From a bacterium (GTDB lineage Bacteria; UBA8248), in NCBI GenBank assembly GCA_965261085.1, contig OZ253442.1:2624001-2688000 (forward strand): DNA of 64,000 nt, in the 5' to 3' direction. The first letter of the stretch is position 1, and every line of letters begins with the position of its first letter. A model generated the notes under the pieces. The model was not told the origin of the DNA. It saw only the letters and a list, made by a program, of their open reading frames with translations, and did not search any database. Of the stretch, positions 9,357 through 20,731 are shown piece by piece. Both the position numbers and the translations under genes were made by a program.

Positions 9357-10817
9357 TCAGAGAATCTCGCCGGTGAACTCCGCTCGCACCCTCTCCTTCA
9401 GCGAGCGAATGGCCTTTAAGGACATTTTGAGGACCTGTTTTTCCCTTCGTGACATTGCCGACTTCCTGACATAGCGCGTCGCCTTGCGGAATCGCCTGAA
9501 ATCCCTCAACTGCTGGCGCAGCAGCATGAACGTCAAGTGCTCGAGAGCAGCGGTATACTCGTCGACCTCGTCATCGCTGAAGACCCCCGCCTCATGCAGC
9601 AGCCGGATGCGCTCGTAGGTGGAGGTCGCCTCCAGGCCCTCTCTCAGGGCGAGAAGCCGTACGGCTCCGACCAGTGGGAGGATGCCTCCGTGCTTCAGGT
9701 TCACGCCCGGGGATATGCCCTCCCCCGCCCTCTCCGTGCGCAGCCTGCCGAACAGGCCGAGAGCGACGTGCCTGTCGGCCTCGGTTTGAAACATCGCCTG
9801 AAGAACGCTGGGTTCTTTTTGCACGAACCTCGTGAGGTGATTCCGCAACTCCCGCCCCAGAGAGAAATCCCCGCATACGGTGTCGAAGTCGAAGAAAACG
9901 TCGCTCAACTGGACCTGGAACGTGCTTCTCTTCTGGAACCAGAGCAGGGTCTGGTGCTTCCACTCGGAAATCGATTTGCGCCACAGCGGGTTCGTGGCCA
10001 TGACGTTGCCATCACACAAGGGGAAGCCGATGGTGTCAAGATTCCGGGTCAGCAGTTCCGAGAACCGGATGAAGTAGTCGTTGACTTGGTTGTGCCGCTC
10101 CACGGGATAGTCTTCGAGAATGATGCCGTTGTCCTGATCCGGGTTGATGAAGTTCTCCCCCCGGCCGCTCGAACCCATGACGATCACCGCGAAGCGAACG
10201 GGCGGCTCGCCTCCGCCTGCCTCTTCGATGGTCCCCGTCACTTTTTCGGCCACGCGGCGGTAGATGTCGTTGTTCACGTGCGTGAGCAGCGCCTGAATCT
10301 CCGGCGCGGGGAGGGTGTCTTCCAGCAGTTCTTGCGCCACGACTGCCTGCACGGCTTTCACCTCTTGCAAGCCGTAGAGTTCAGGGACCTGCGTGAGTGC
10401 GTCGATGTGTTCCACCACATGCGCGGCCGCCACTGCCATGGCGTCCTGCAAATCCAGCAAGCCGAGGGGATGGCTCGCTTCATCGACCACGGGCATGTGG
10501 CGGTGGCCGAGGCGGCGCATGCGCGCAATGGTGTGATAGAGGTAGTCCCCCTGTTTTGCGGAATAGACGCGAGGCGTCATGACCTGTTCTATCGTTTCGG
10601 AGCCGTCGCACCTCAGGGCGACGCGGCGCGTTACGTCTTTTTCCGTAAAAATGCCGGAGAGGGCGTTTTCCTCATCCGTCACGAGGACGCAGGTCGCGTT
10701 CTTCTCCACCATTTGGGAGATGACGTTTCTCAAGTTCTCCGATGCCGGGACAATCAATGTTTCGGGTTTCAGGAAATCGTCCACAAGGCAGGAGAAAATT
10801 CTCGTCTGAGATTTCAT
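9357..10817 (-). CDS. CBS-domain / DUF294 putative nucleotidyltransferase
   Basis: N-terminal CBS pair, MGSSGRGE...DQDNG, CDGNVMATNPLWR and NLKHGG. Confidence 0.9.
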   Translation of the reverse strand: MKSQTRIFSCLVDDFLKPETLIVPASENLRNVISQMVEKNATCVLVTDEENALSGIFTEKDVTRRVALRCDGSETIEQVMTPRVYSAKQGDYLYHTIARMRRLGHRHMPVVDEASHPLGLLDLQDAMAVAAAHVVEHIDALTQVPELYGLQEVKAVQAVVAQELLEDTLPAPEIQALLTHVNNDIYRRVAEKVTGTIEEAGGGEPPVRFAVIVMGSSGRGENFINPDQDNGIILEDYPVERHNQVNDYFIRFSELLTRNLDTIGFPLCDGNVMATNPLWRKSISEWKHQTLLWFQKRSTFQVQLSDVFFDFDTVCGDFSLGRELRNHLTRFVQKEPSVLQAMFQTEADRHVALGLFGRLRTERAGEGISPGVNLKHGGILPLVGAVRLLALREGLEATSTYERIRLLHEAGVFSDDEVDEYTAALEHLTFMLLRQQLRDFRRFRKATRYVRKSAMSRREKQVLKMSLKAIRSLKERVRAEFTGEIL

Positions 10818-10895
10818 GGGCTTCAGGGTCCGTCTTAGCGGCGGATGGTCGAGAACGCCTCAAAATCATGGCGTGTCACACGGCTCTAGTATAAC

Positions 10896-11012
10896 TCAGT
10901 TCTTCATGTATTCGCCCAAATAGGCGATGCACTTCCTGATCGCCGCTTCCTGGGTCGCATCGACGGCGTATTCCCCGTCCCCTCCCCGCTCGGGGTCGAT
11001 TTTATTACGCAA
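10896..11012 (-). CDS. Possible 38-aa small protein or gene remnant (not in ORF track)
   Basis: GAGGAG RBS upstream of TTG. Translates MRNKIDPERGGDGEYAVDATQEAAIRKCIAYLGEYMKN. Confidence 0.3.
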   Translation of the reverse strand: MRNKIDPERGGDGEYAVDATQEAAIRKCIAYLGEYMKN

Positions 11013-11244
11013 GAGATAGTCTCCTCATTCGTTTCTTTGGTGATTCGGGATGAACGCGATCCATCATCCCACACGATGCGCGAGGGCGAAAAGCGCAGGC
11101 CAAAGATGCGCCGGCATTGGAGCGAACATCATCTGGCGACGAAACTGTAAGCGCGTTTCCCCTTCTCGCGTCGTATGAGAAAATCCCGCACGCGAAAATA
11201 AATCTCGTTTTCCGCTCATTGATTTTTCAGGAAGGAATGATGCC

Positions 11245-11538
11245 ATGGCCGAAATGCTGTGCCCTGCGTGCGGGGCCGAAACCTCAGGCGGCGATATCTG
11301 CCCGGCCTGCGGAGAAACGATCGAGGCGCAACCCGCAGATGATGATGGCGACAATAAACCTTTGAACGTCATCGACGCCAAGGAGATCGTCGTGAAAGTC
11401 TTGTGGGGCACGGGCGCGTTGATGCTCTGCGGCGGCGTGGGCGCGCTCTCCATCGGCGCGACGAATCCGGCCATCGGCCTTCTGGGCTTGGGGGGCCTCC
11501 TCTTCGCCGGTTCTTACGCGCTCGATTGGTGGACCTGA
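11245..11538 (+). CDS. Small zinc-ribbon membrane protein
   Basis: CPACG...CPACG followed by two hydrophobic helices. Confidence 0.7.
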   Translation: MAEMLCPACGAETSGGDICPACGETIEAQPADDDGDNKPLNVIDAKEIVVKVLWGTGALMLCGGVGALSIGATNPAIGLLGLGGLLFAGSYALDWWT

Positions 11539-11583
11539 GATATTAAAGATATCCCCTTGTCATGAATCGTGTATATCCAGTTA

Positions 11584-12078
11584 CTATTGTCCTGCCTTTG
11601 AGATTTCTTTCTCCTCGGCTTCTTTTTCCTTTTTAATTTTTTCGGCTAATTCTTTCTTCAATTCCTGGTACTGCTTTTTGAGAGCGTCGGGGGCTGAATC
11701 CTCGGGTTCCATCAGGACGCTTACCTTGGTTGGATATTCTTGCGCCGCACCGCTTGCGGCATCAACTAAAATCCCGATGCCTCCGCCGAGAATAATGTTT
11801 CCCAAGGTTGCAGCGACTAAAGTTTCATCGAACGAGTGTGTCGTTTTTTTGAAACCTTTTTTCTCGCACGTTAAAACCATTGGCCCATCTCCCTTATGAA
11901 CTGTTGTTGCGCTTGGAGTGTTGACCCAATGATATTGTTTTCCCCGTTTGTCGATACCCGTGCATGAAGCTCCTTTTGCATTGATTACATCGATCAGAAT
12001 GGATTGGGAGGTGCCGGAAATTAATGTTGCGCAGCCGGAAGCAAGTAGCAGACAGCAAGCAGTGAGCAAAATACGCAT
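11584..12078 (-). CDS. Hypothetical lipoprotein
   Basis: Lipobox LASGC, GNIILGGGIG..VD motif, charged C-terminal tail. More AT-rich than its neighbours. Confidence 0.8.
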   Translation of the reverse strand: MRILLTACCLLLASGCATLISGTSQSILIDVINAKGASCTGIDKRGKQYHWVNTPSATTVHKGDGPMVLTCEKKGFKKTTHSFDETLVAATLGNIILGGGIGILVDAASGAAQEYPTKVSVLMEPEDSAPDALKKQYQELKKELAEKIKKEKEAEEKEISKAGQ

Positions 12079-12254
12079 CGAACCTTACCTCGTGTAAAGG
12101 TGCGAAAATAAAGAAAATGTAATTCCTGGGTCGGTTGGAAGGTATAAGGAAAACTATATCTGATGTCAAATTTGTTAATGGTAAGTAATATGAATCCAAA
12201 ATAAAAAGATTCTAGTTTTTCGGGAAAAGCGAATGGGGCAAGTGGATTTCAGCG

Positions 12255-12331
<77 letters not shown>

Positions 12332-12355
12332 GTGATTCGCGCGCGGCGAGGCGTT

Positions 12356-12883
12356 TCAGTCGTATCGTATCAAAGAGCTGACCGGGTGTGGAGCGAGGCG
12401 CTCGCGTCCGTTCAAAAACGCAAGCTCGATGAAGAAGGTGAGGCCGTGCACCTGCCCGCCCAGGGATTCCACGAGCGACACGCAGGCGGAAGCGGTGCCG
12501 CCGGTGGCGAGTACGTCGTCGGCGATCAACACCTTCATGCCGGGCGAGACGGCGTCTGTGTGAATCTCGAGCGCATCTGTTCCGTATTCGAGTTCATAGG
12601 TGGCCCGGGTCTTCTCCCAGGGGAGTTTCCCCGGTTTTCTCACCAGCGCGAAGCCCGCGCCGATCTTATACGCCAGGGGCGCTCCGATGACGAAGCCGCG
12701 CGCCTCCGCACCCAGGACGACGTCGATTCCCTCACCCATCAAAGGCTCCGCCGCCATGTCCACCGCCGCTCGAAAGGCTTCGGCGTTCTGGAGCATGGGG
12801 GTGATGTCCTTGAAGATGATGCCCTCTTCCGGGAAGTCGGGCACGTCCCGAATGAGTTCCAGAAGGTGACGGACGTCGGACAT
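12356..12883 (-). CDS. apt: Adenine phosphoribosyltransferase
   Basis: PDFPEEGIIFKDITP, EARGF, RKPGKLP, YELEYG and DDVLATGGT. Start at MSDVRH. Confidence 0.97.
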   Translation of the reverse strand: MSDVRHLLELIRDVPDFPEEGIIFKDITPMLQNAEAFRAAVDMAAEPLMGEGIDVVLGAEARGFVIGAPLAYKIGAGFALVRKPGKLPWEKTRATYELEYGTDALEIHTDAVSPGMKVLIADDVLATGGTASACVSLVESLGGQVHGLTFFIELAFLNGRERLAPHPVSSLIRYD

Positions 12884-13039
12884 GAAATCTACCTCTCGTG
12901 GATGAGTAAATTTTCTTGTGTTTTGTGGCGTTCTCTTCCGGTTGCGCCGCCGTCCCGGCTTCGGGTTTTTCTCCGGCGACAAGAGAACCTTAAATAACAT
13001 TCTATTCCGGGCATGTCACCATGATGCCCGCATACGATT

Positions 13040-13870
13040 TCATGGCAAGTAGGATAGCGGGTTCCTGGGCCGCGTGCGATGGCGAATCTCGAAATGAAGG
13101 CGCGCGGTTCGGAAGCGCGGCGTGCGGCCCGTCAGGGCGATGGGCGTGCCGAGCGAGACGCTCTGCCCCTTGCGTACGAGATTCTCGGCGACGTTGGCGT
13201 AAATGGAATGGTACTCGCCCCCTTGATGGCGCAGGATGATGAGGCGGCCCAGGTTTCCGGGGCCGAAATCAGAATAAATGACGCGGCCGGGAGCGGCGGC
13301 GCGAACCTGAGCTCGCTCGCGGGCGGCGATGAGGATGCCGTCCGCCTTCTTGCCGCCTCGCGCTCCGAAGCGGCGAATCACGCGCCCGCGCAGAGGCCAG
13401 GAGAATCTGGGCCTCTTTCCATACGTTTTGCGGTACGTCGCCCTCTTCTTGTTTGCGCGGCGCCCTCTAACTGTGCTTGCCGGCCTCCGGGAGGGTTTTC
13501 GGGTTGGCTTAGCGGAAGCCCTTCGACGAAGCGGAGTCTTCCGGGACGGCGGAGCCGCCCAGCGCGGGCGGCTTTGGGGCGGCCGGGAACTGATGCTTTT
13601 TCGTACGAGGCGTACGGTTCTGGCGCCCGGGATGAAAAGCCGCACGCCCGCCTCGAGGCGATCGGGATTGTCGATACTGTTCAAGACGGCGATTTGCTCG
13701 ACCTCCACGCCATAGGCGCGCCCGATGCGCCAGAGGTTCTCGCCGCGCTTTACGGTGTGGTGGATGCCGCCGAAGCCGCGGCTGCTTTTCGTCGGAGGCG
13801 GCAACGGGGGCGCGACGAGTGCGCAACCGGTGAGCAAACAGAGAAAGAGGACACATCCGCTTCGCCGCAT
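13040..13870 (-). CDS. nlpD: LysM + M23 domain lipoprotein (NlpD-like)
   Basis: Lipobox LTGC, LysM (HTVKRGENLWRI), and M23 (WPLRG...LHFEIR) lacking the first Zn histidines, as in NlpD. Confidence 0.8.
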   Translation of the reverse strand: MRRSGCVLFLCLLTGCALVAPPLPPPTKSSRGFGGIHHTVKRGENLWRIGRAYGVEVEQIAVLNSIDNPDRLEAGVRLFIPGARTVRLVRKSISSRPPQSRPRWAAPPSRKTPLRRRASAKPTRKPSRRPASTVRGRRANKKRATYRKTYGKRPRFSWPLRGRVIRRFGARGGKKADGILIAARERAQVRAAAPGRVIYSDFGPGNLGRLIILRHQGGEYHSIYANVAENLVRKGQSVSLGTPIALTGRTPRFRTARLHFEIRHRTRPRNPLSYLP

Positions 13871-13935
13871 TTCGCGCCATCCTCGCAGACCTGAAGCGGG
13901 CGAAATGTTCGTGATGTCCCTATCCACGCCGCCCC

Positions 13936-14385
13936 TCATGAGGCGCCCAAGGCCATTCGCACGGCCTCACGGGCGCTGGACGCCGGGACGACTCCCGCCG
14001 GACTGCTCTCGCGTCCCAGGGAGATGACCCGCTTGCCGAGCTTGAGCCCGAAAGCGATCTCGGAGAGAGTGCCGTGCGCGCCCGCCATGGCGATGAGCGC
14101 ATGGGCCGTCGCCGCGATGATGACGTTTCGGGCGTGGCCCATTCCGGTGACGATGGGAATATCGATGAACGAGTTGGCGGATTGCGCATCATACGAGGGC
14201 AGGACGCCCACCGTGAGGCCGCCCGCTTGTTTCGCTCCGCGCGCCACGGCCTGCATGACGCCACCCAGACCCCCGCACACCAGCACGGCGCCCGCGCGCG
14301 CAATCTCGGCTCCCGCCTCCTCGGCCAATGCGGCCGTTTCAGGAGCCGGATCGGAATCGCCGATGACGCCGATAATGGTTCGCAT
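13936..14385 (-). CDS. TIGR00725 / LOG-like Rossmann-fold nucleotide-binding protein
   Basis: CGGLGGVMQAVARGA, TGMGHARN and GTLSEIAFG. Confidence 0.9.
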   Translation of the reverse strand: MRTIIGVIGDSDPAPETAALAEEAGAEIARAGAVLVCGGLGGVMQAVARGAKQAGGLTVGVLPSYDAQSANSFIDIPIVTGMGHARNVIIAATAHALIAMAGAHGTLSEIAFGLKLGKRVISLGRESSPAGVVPASSAREAVRMALGAS

Positions 14386-14577
14386 CAGATAATCCCGGGG
14401 CGGATTCGTATTTTGATTTTATCGTGCGTGCGCTGCTCGTCAAGTCGCGATGTGCGCCGTCTCAATCGAAACACCCTTTTCAGAGTGCGTCGTCTTGTAT
14501 TTCTGCTCCGCGAACCGGGCGTTCACGAAGCAGGAATGTCTCGTCCGCCTTCCCTGCTCAAAGCCTGTGGCTGGGCC

Positions 14578-15765
14578 TTATTGACCTTCTGGAACGACCA
14601 CCTTTTTGTTGTGATCCGCCGGCAGGCCGTTGTTCAGCGTGTGCAGCATCCAGTCCGCGACGGCGGGGTACATGTCCGCCGCGACCTCGCCCATCGGGTG
14701 GAAAACGCCCTCATAGAGCCAAAGCTCGCGCGGGCACGTGAGGTGTGAGAAGAACACGTCGATGTCGTCCGGCGTGCAAAGCTCGTCCATGTCGCCGGCC
14801 ACGAGCAGATAGTTCGACTTCATCTTGCCCACCAGGGGCAGCCAGATGCTGTCGCGCTCCTCGACGAATGCGTCGAACGCATCCTCATCGAGGATGTTCG
14901 TCATGTACATGTAGATTCTCTTGAAGTTGGGCTGGGCCTGGTTGAAGATGATGTCCGATTGCCCCACGTTCGCCATCTGCCCGACGACGGTGTTGACGCG
15001 CTCGTCCTGGGCGGCGATTTCCACCGTCCAGCGGCTTCCCATGCTCATGCCCATGATGCCGATTCTGGAGGAATCCACCTCTTCGCGTTCGGTGAGCCAG
15101 TCGATGACCCTGCTGCCCGCGCGCGCGTAATTGGTATGATTCACCCACACCTGGTTGATGTTGCACTCGCCCTGCCCCGGCCCGTCCATGACGGCGAAGT
15201 TCATGCCGCGCGCATGGAACCAGTTGTTGTAGGGCAAAAGGCCGTCTTCCTTGATCATGTCCATGCCGGGGATGAGCAGGACGGTGGGCTTGGGGCCCTC
15301 TCCCTCCGCGGGCCAGAAATAGAAATACGCATTCTTGCCGGGGTCGAATTCCACCTGGTGTTTTTGAATGTCACCGCCCCGGATTTCACGCATTCTGTCG
15401 AAACAGCGCGAAACGCCTGCGTAGTATTCCTTCTTCCGGGGGTGTCCATCCACGGGGATGAGGTGCTGGCCGCGCCCGTAGCAAAGGCCAGCGCGGTTAT
15501 AGTGCATGGCGGCGGTCACGTGGTTTCCCGCTTCGGCCGCCGCCATCGCCTTCTTCTCCTGCAAGGCGGCCTGTTTGCCCCACAGGAGGGGGATGGAGCG
15601 CCTGCCAGAAACCTTCGAGTAGACCGCCTCGAGGTCTTGATGCCGAAAGCCCCGTTCATAGCGCGTGCCCATGATGCCGGGGTGGAGAACATCCTCGTTA
15701 TCCGAGAGTTTGAGGAAATTATCAAAAATCCAGTTCTGATTCGCGCGCGATGCCTGTCGTCTCAT
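14578..15765 (-). CDS. Alpha/beta hydrolase (2,6-dihydropseudooxynicotine hydrolase/FrsA-like)
   Basis: PGMDMIKE, DGPGQGE, GMSMG nucleophile elbow and Asp/His triad candidates. Start MRRQAS follows a GAAGG RBS. Confidence 0.85.
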   Translation of the reverse strand: MRRQASRANQNWIFDNFLKLSDNEDVLHPGIMGTRYERGFRHQDLEAVYSKVSGRRSIPLLWGKQAALQEKKAMAAAEAGNHVTAAMHYNRAGLCYGRGQHLIPVDGHPRKKEYYAGVSRCFDRMREIRGGDIQKHQVEFDPGKNAYFYFWPAEGEGPKPTVLLIPGMDMIKEDGLLPYNNWFHARGMNFAVMDGPGQGECNINQVWVNHTNYARAGSRVIDWLTEREEVDSSRIGIMGMSMGSRWTVEIAAQDERVNTVVGQMANVGQSDIIFNQAQPNFKRIYMYMTNILDEDAFDAFVEERDSIWLPLVGKMKSNYLLVAGDMDELCTPDDIDVFFSHLTCPRELWLYEGVFHPMGEVAADMYPAVADWMLHTLNNGLPADHNKKVVVPEGQ

Positions 15766-15927
15766 GCCGCTACCTTCTCCTTTCGTGTGGGTGGTGGGGC
15801 GAGCCTTGCACCTCGCCGTTTCGAGCATATATAACGCCGGATTCAGCGGGCTATCTTCGGGCCGGCAGCCATGCCGGGTCAACCGCTTCAGGGTTTCCCG
15901 GGCAAGGTATTTTCCCCTCGCTTGTAT

Positions 15928-15956
15928 TTGCCGAATCCATTGTTTTTGTGTAGATT
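15928..15956 (+). promoter_or_regulatory. Sigma70-like promoter for metY copy 1
   Basis: TTGCCG-17 bp-TAGATT. Confidence 0.5.
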
Positions 15957-15977
15957 CGCATTTTTGGTTTTTCAATA

Positions 15978-16040
15978 CGGTAGGGGTTGCGAGTTTTCAC
16001 GCAAGACCTCTCGCACCCCTGCCGATATCTTTTCTTTTTT
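15978..16040 (+). promoter_or_regulatory. Terminator-like hairpin plus U-tract in the 5' leader of metY
   Basis: CGGTAGGGGTTGCGAG pairs with CTCGCACCCCTGCCG, followed by ATATCTTTTCTTTTTT just before the RBS. Confidence 0.5.
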
Positions 16041-16059
16041 GTGAAAGAGGGATTTTGGT

Positions 16060-17370
16060 ATGACAGTGGAAACAGAGGCGACATTGGAATTGACCAACAA
16101 TGAAACAATCGTCCTTCACGCCGGATACCGCAAGGACCCCGTAACGAACTCCGTGGCCGTGCCGATTTATCAGACATCCTCCTACCAGTTCGACAGCACG
16201 GATCACGCGGCCGATCTTTTCGCGTTAAAGGAATTAGGCAACATCTACACGCGAATCATGAATCCCACGAACGACGTGCTGGAAAAACGGCTGTCGGCCC
16301 TCGAGGGCGGCGTCGGCGGCCTCGCCGTCTCCTCGGGCCAGTCGGCCTCGATGATGGCCGTGATGAACGTGGCGCGCACAGGGGACAACATCGTGAGTTC
16401 GACGGACCTCTACGGCGGCACGTGGAACCTCTTCGCCAACCAATTGGCGGACATCGGCATCGAGTGCCGCTTCGTGGATCCGCTAGACCCGGAGAATTTC
16501 GCCAGGGCGACCGACGAGAAGACGCGCGCCTACTACGCCGAGACGCTGCCGAACCCGAAGCTGCGCGTTTTCCCAATCAGGGAAGTAGCCGACCTCGGGC
16601 GCGAGTTGGGGATTCCCCTCATCGTGGACAACACGGCGGCCCACTGCCTGTGCAAGCCCTTTGAGCACGGCGCGGCCGTCATCGCCTCATCGTGTACGAA
16701 ATACATCGGCGGGCACGGAAACTCCATCGGCGGCATCATCATCGACGGCGGGAACTTCGACTGGGCGGCGCATCCCGAAAGGCAGCCCTACCTCAACCAA
16801 CCGGACCCGAGCTACCACGGCGCGGTGTGGACGGAAGCCGTCGCCCCGCTCGGCCCCATCGCCTACATCATCAAGGCGCGCGTCACTATCCTGCGCGATT
16901 CCGGCCAGGCGATGAGCCCCTTCAACACCTTCTTGTTCCTGCAAGGTCTCGAAACCCTGCCCCTGCGGATGGAGCGTCACTGCCAAAACGCCGCCGCCGT
17001 GGCGGATTACCTGAACGACCATCCCAAGGTGAAGACCACGATTTACCCGGGCCTCATGAACGGGGAGTTTCGCCTCCGCGCCGACACTTACCTCAAGGGC
17101 GGATACGGCGGCCTGTGCGGAATCGATCTCGCAGGCGGACACGAGGCGGGCCAGAACTTCATCAACGCGCTCAAGATGTTCTACCACGTGGCGAACATCG
17201 GCGATTCGAGAAGCCTCGCCATCCATCCGGCGAGCACCACGCACTCCCAGCTCACCCCGGAGGAGCAGGAAAAGACGGGCGTGACGCCGGGCTACGTGCG
17301 GCTTTCCGTCGGCATCGAGCACATCGACGACATCATCGCCGATCTAGAACAAGCCCTGGACGCCGCATAG
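16060..17370 (+). CDS. metY: O-acetylhomoserine aminocarboxypropyltransferase (copy 1)
   Basis: VPIYQTSSY, GNIYTRIMNPT, TKYIGGHG (PLP Lys), [18 protein letters not shown]. Confidence 0.93.
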   Translation: MTVETEATLELTNNETIVLHAGYRKDPVTNSVAVPIYQTSSYQFDSTDHAADLFALKELGNIYTRIMNPTNDVLEKRLSALEGGVGGLAVSSGQSASMMAVMNVARTGDNIVSSTDLYGGTWNLFANQLADIGIECRFVDPLDPENFARATDEKTRAYYAETLPNPKLRVFPIREVADLGRELGIPLIVDNTAAHCLCKPFEHGAAVIASSCTKYIGGHGNSIGGIIIDGGNFDWAAHPERQPYLNQPDPSYHGAVWTEAVAPLGPIAYIIKARVTILRDSGQAMSPFNTFLFLQGLETLPLRMERHCQNAAAVADYLNDHPKVKTTIYPGLMNGEFRLRADTYLKGGYGGLCGIDLAGGHEAGQNFINALKMFYHVANIGDSRSLAIHPASTTHSQLTPEEQEKTGVTPGYVRLSVGIEHIDDIIADLEQALDAA

Positions 17371-17390
17371 TCCATCGGGCGAGAAAAACG

Positions 17391-17426
17391 AAAAGGGGCG
17401 TCCCGAACCGGGGCGCCTCTTTTTTT
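17391..17426 (+). terminator. Rho-independent terminator
   Basis: AGGGGCGTCCCG-aac-CGGGGCGCCTCT followed by TTTTTT. Confidence 0.85.
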
Positions 17427-17700
17427 GTCCGCTGCACAGGAAGGCCGTGTGGTTCTCGCAGAAAATTCCTTGGCTTGGCAACTTAAGTAGCGGAAATATT
17501 ATCTAAAGTATTATATTGGATATTATATTTATATAATTGATATAATTAGTTATACACGATTTTATATAGGTAAGAAAAGAAAAGAATTAAAGTATTGCAT
17601 GAGGTATTATTTGGCGTCTGACGGCCCCCGGGACAGGTCCATCATATGCCGTAGCGCACCAAAAATCCGGGAGCTGTTACTGGTCATGCTATGAAAAAAA

Positions 17701-17777
<77 letters not shown>

Positions 17778-17811
17778 ACACAAGCTGCGAGACGACGGAT
17801 TCCCCGCCTTC

Positions 17812-18492
17812 CTATGGATTCTCCCAGCCGTATTTTCCCACCAGTTTCACAAAAACGCAGTTCACCAACTCCTCGTGCGCGAGGAGTTCGCCCGACTTCG
17901 ACACGCGGCATCGCACGAGGGTCTGGTTCTCCCCCTCACCCAGGGGCATGACGATGCGCCCGCCGGGGGCGATCTGCTGCATCCACGGCTCTGGAACGCG
18001 AAGTGCGGACGCCGCGCTCACGATGGCGTCGAAGGGCGCCTCTTCCGGCCAGCCGTAGGTGCCGTCCGCCGTCCAGAGCATATAATTCGTCAGGCCGAAA
18101 GAATCAAGCCGCTCCCTGGCTCTCACCGCCAGTTCGGGCACCCGCTCAATCGCGCGGACGGAGCCGGCGAGCCTCCCGAGAAGCGCGGTAAGGTAACCCG
18201 AACCCGCTCCGATCTCAAGCACCTTCTCCCCGCCCCTGAGTTCCAGGGCCTCGAGCGTGGCGGCCACCATGTAGGGCTGGGAGATGGTTTGCCCGTGTCC
18301 GATGGGCAGCGCCTTGTCGGCATAGGCGGTTTCACGAAAAATTTCGGGCGCAAAATGATGCCTCGGCACCTCGCGCAAGGCCTCGATGACGCGGGCGTCG
18401 GCGATTCCCCTGGCGAGGATTTGTTTGTCCACCATCGCCTCGCGCGCGCGGCGCCAGCGATTCTCCTGTCTTCCGTTTAATGAAAACGCCAA
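17812..18492 (-). CDS. pcm: Protein-L-isoaspartate O-methyltransferase
   Basis: [38 protein letters not shown]; downstream of surE. Confidence 0.96.
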   Translation of the reverse strand: MAFSLNGRQENRWRRAREAMVDKQILARGIADARVIEALREVPRHHFAPEIFRETAYADKALPIGHGQTISQPYMVAATLEALELRGGEKVLEIGAGSGYLTALLGRLAGSVRAIERVPELAVRARERLDSFGLTNYMLWTADGTYGWPEEAPFDAIVSAASALRVPEPWMQQIAPGGRIVMPLGEGENQTLVRCRVSKSGELLAHEELVNCVFVKLVGKYGWENP

Positions 18493-19232
18493 GATTCCAG
18501 CCCTTTCATCGCGCCATAATCCGTCAGGTCGAGCCTGAGGGGCGTGATGGAAACCTGATGGTTCGAAACCGCCTCGAAGTCCGTGTCGGGCTCATTCTTC
18601 CACCGGAGGCTGCCTCCCCCAATCCAGTAATACTCACGGCCGCGCGGGTCGATTTTCTCTACGATGGCTTCCTCGTAAATGCGCTTGCCCTGGCGGGTGA
18701 TTTTCTCCCCCCGGCACTGTTGCGGGGAAATGTTCGGGACGTTGATGTTCAGCAGAACGCCCGGCTCCAGTCCCCGGGATAATACTTCCCTCGCGCCGGC
18801 GCGCGCAACTTTTTTCGCCAACTCATAGCGGAGCGTCTCCCCGTCCTCGTGGGCGAGGGAGACCGCCACCGCCGGAAGCCCCAGGATCGTGGCCTCCATC
18901 GCGGCGGCCACGGTTCCCGAATAGGTGATGTCGTCGCCCATGTTTCCGCCCCGGTTGATGCCGGAGACGACCATGTCGGGGTGCTCGTTTCTCAGCAGGC
19001 CGTTCAGGGCGAGGTTGACGCAGTCCGTGGGGGTGCCGTCCACGGCGAACCAGTTATGCTCCAACTCATTGATGCGCAGGGGGCGATGCAGACTTAAGGA
19101 ATGACCCGCCGCGCTCTGCTCCCTGTCCGGAGCCACGACGATCAACTCCCCCAGCGGGGCGAGGGCCGCGTACAAGGCGCGTAACCCTTCAGAATCGATG
19201 CCGTCATCATTGCAAAGAAGTATTCGAGCCAT
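18477..19232 (-). CDS. surE: 5'/3'-nucleotidase SurE
   Basis: [23 protein letters not shown] and YSGTVAAA. Confidence 0.97.
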   Translation of the reverse strand: MARILLCNDDGIDSEGLRALYAALAPLGELIVVAPDREQSAAGHSLSLHRPLRINELEHNWFAVDGTPTDCVNLALNGLLRNEHPDMVVSGINRGGNMGDDITYSGTVAAAMEATILGLPAVAVSLAHEDGETLRYELAKKVARAGAREVLSRGLEPGVLLNINVPNISPQQCRGEKITRQGKRIYEEAIVEKIDPRGREYYWIGGGSLRWKNEPDTDFEAVSNHQVSITPLRLDLTDYGAMKGLESWRFH

Positions 19233-19387
19233 CAGTCTTTCATGCGGTATGCGGGGCGAGCGCGTCATCACGAGAAGGAATTATGGTGTAGCCGGGGGCA
19301 GAAAATCAACGTCTCCGGAGGTTTTCTGGGAGGCTTCTATTTGAGGCCATCGCTTGCTATTGTGGAGTCCAAGGATTAAAAACGTAG

Positions 19388-20730
<1,343 letters not shown>

Positions 20731-20731
<1 letters not shown>

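Noticed and set aside
9537-10838. Long antisense ORFs (e.g. 9537-10838, 19376-20344, 50432-51562, 62097-63122)
   Set aside because: These are shadow frames of well-supported GC-rich genes with no recognisable motifs.
15830-16059. Known SAM riboswitch class upstream of metY
   Set aside because: The core consensus of SAM-I, SAM-II, SAM-V and SAM/SAH was not found by eye; the region is kept only as an unclassified leader candidate.
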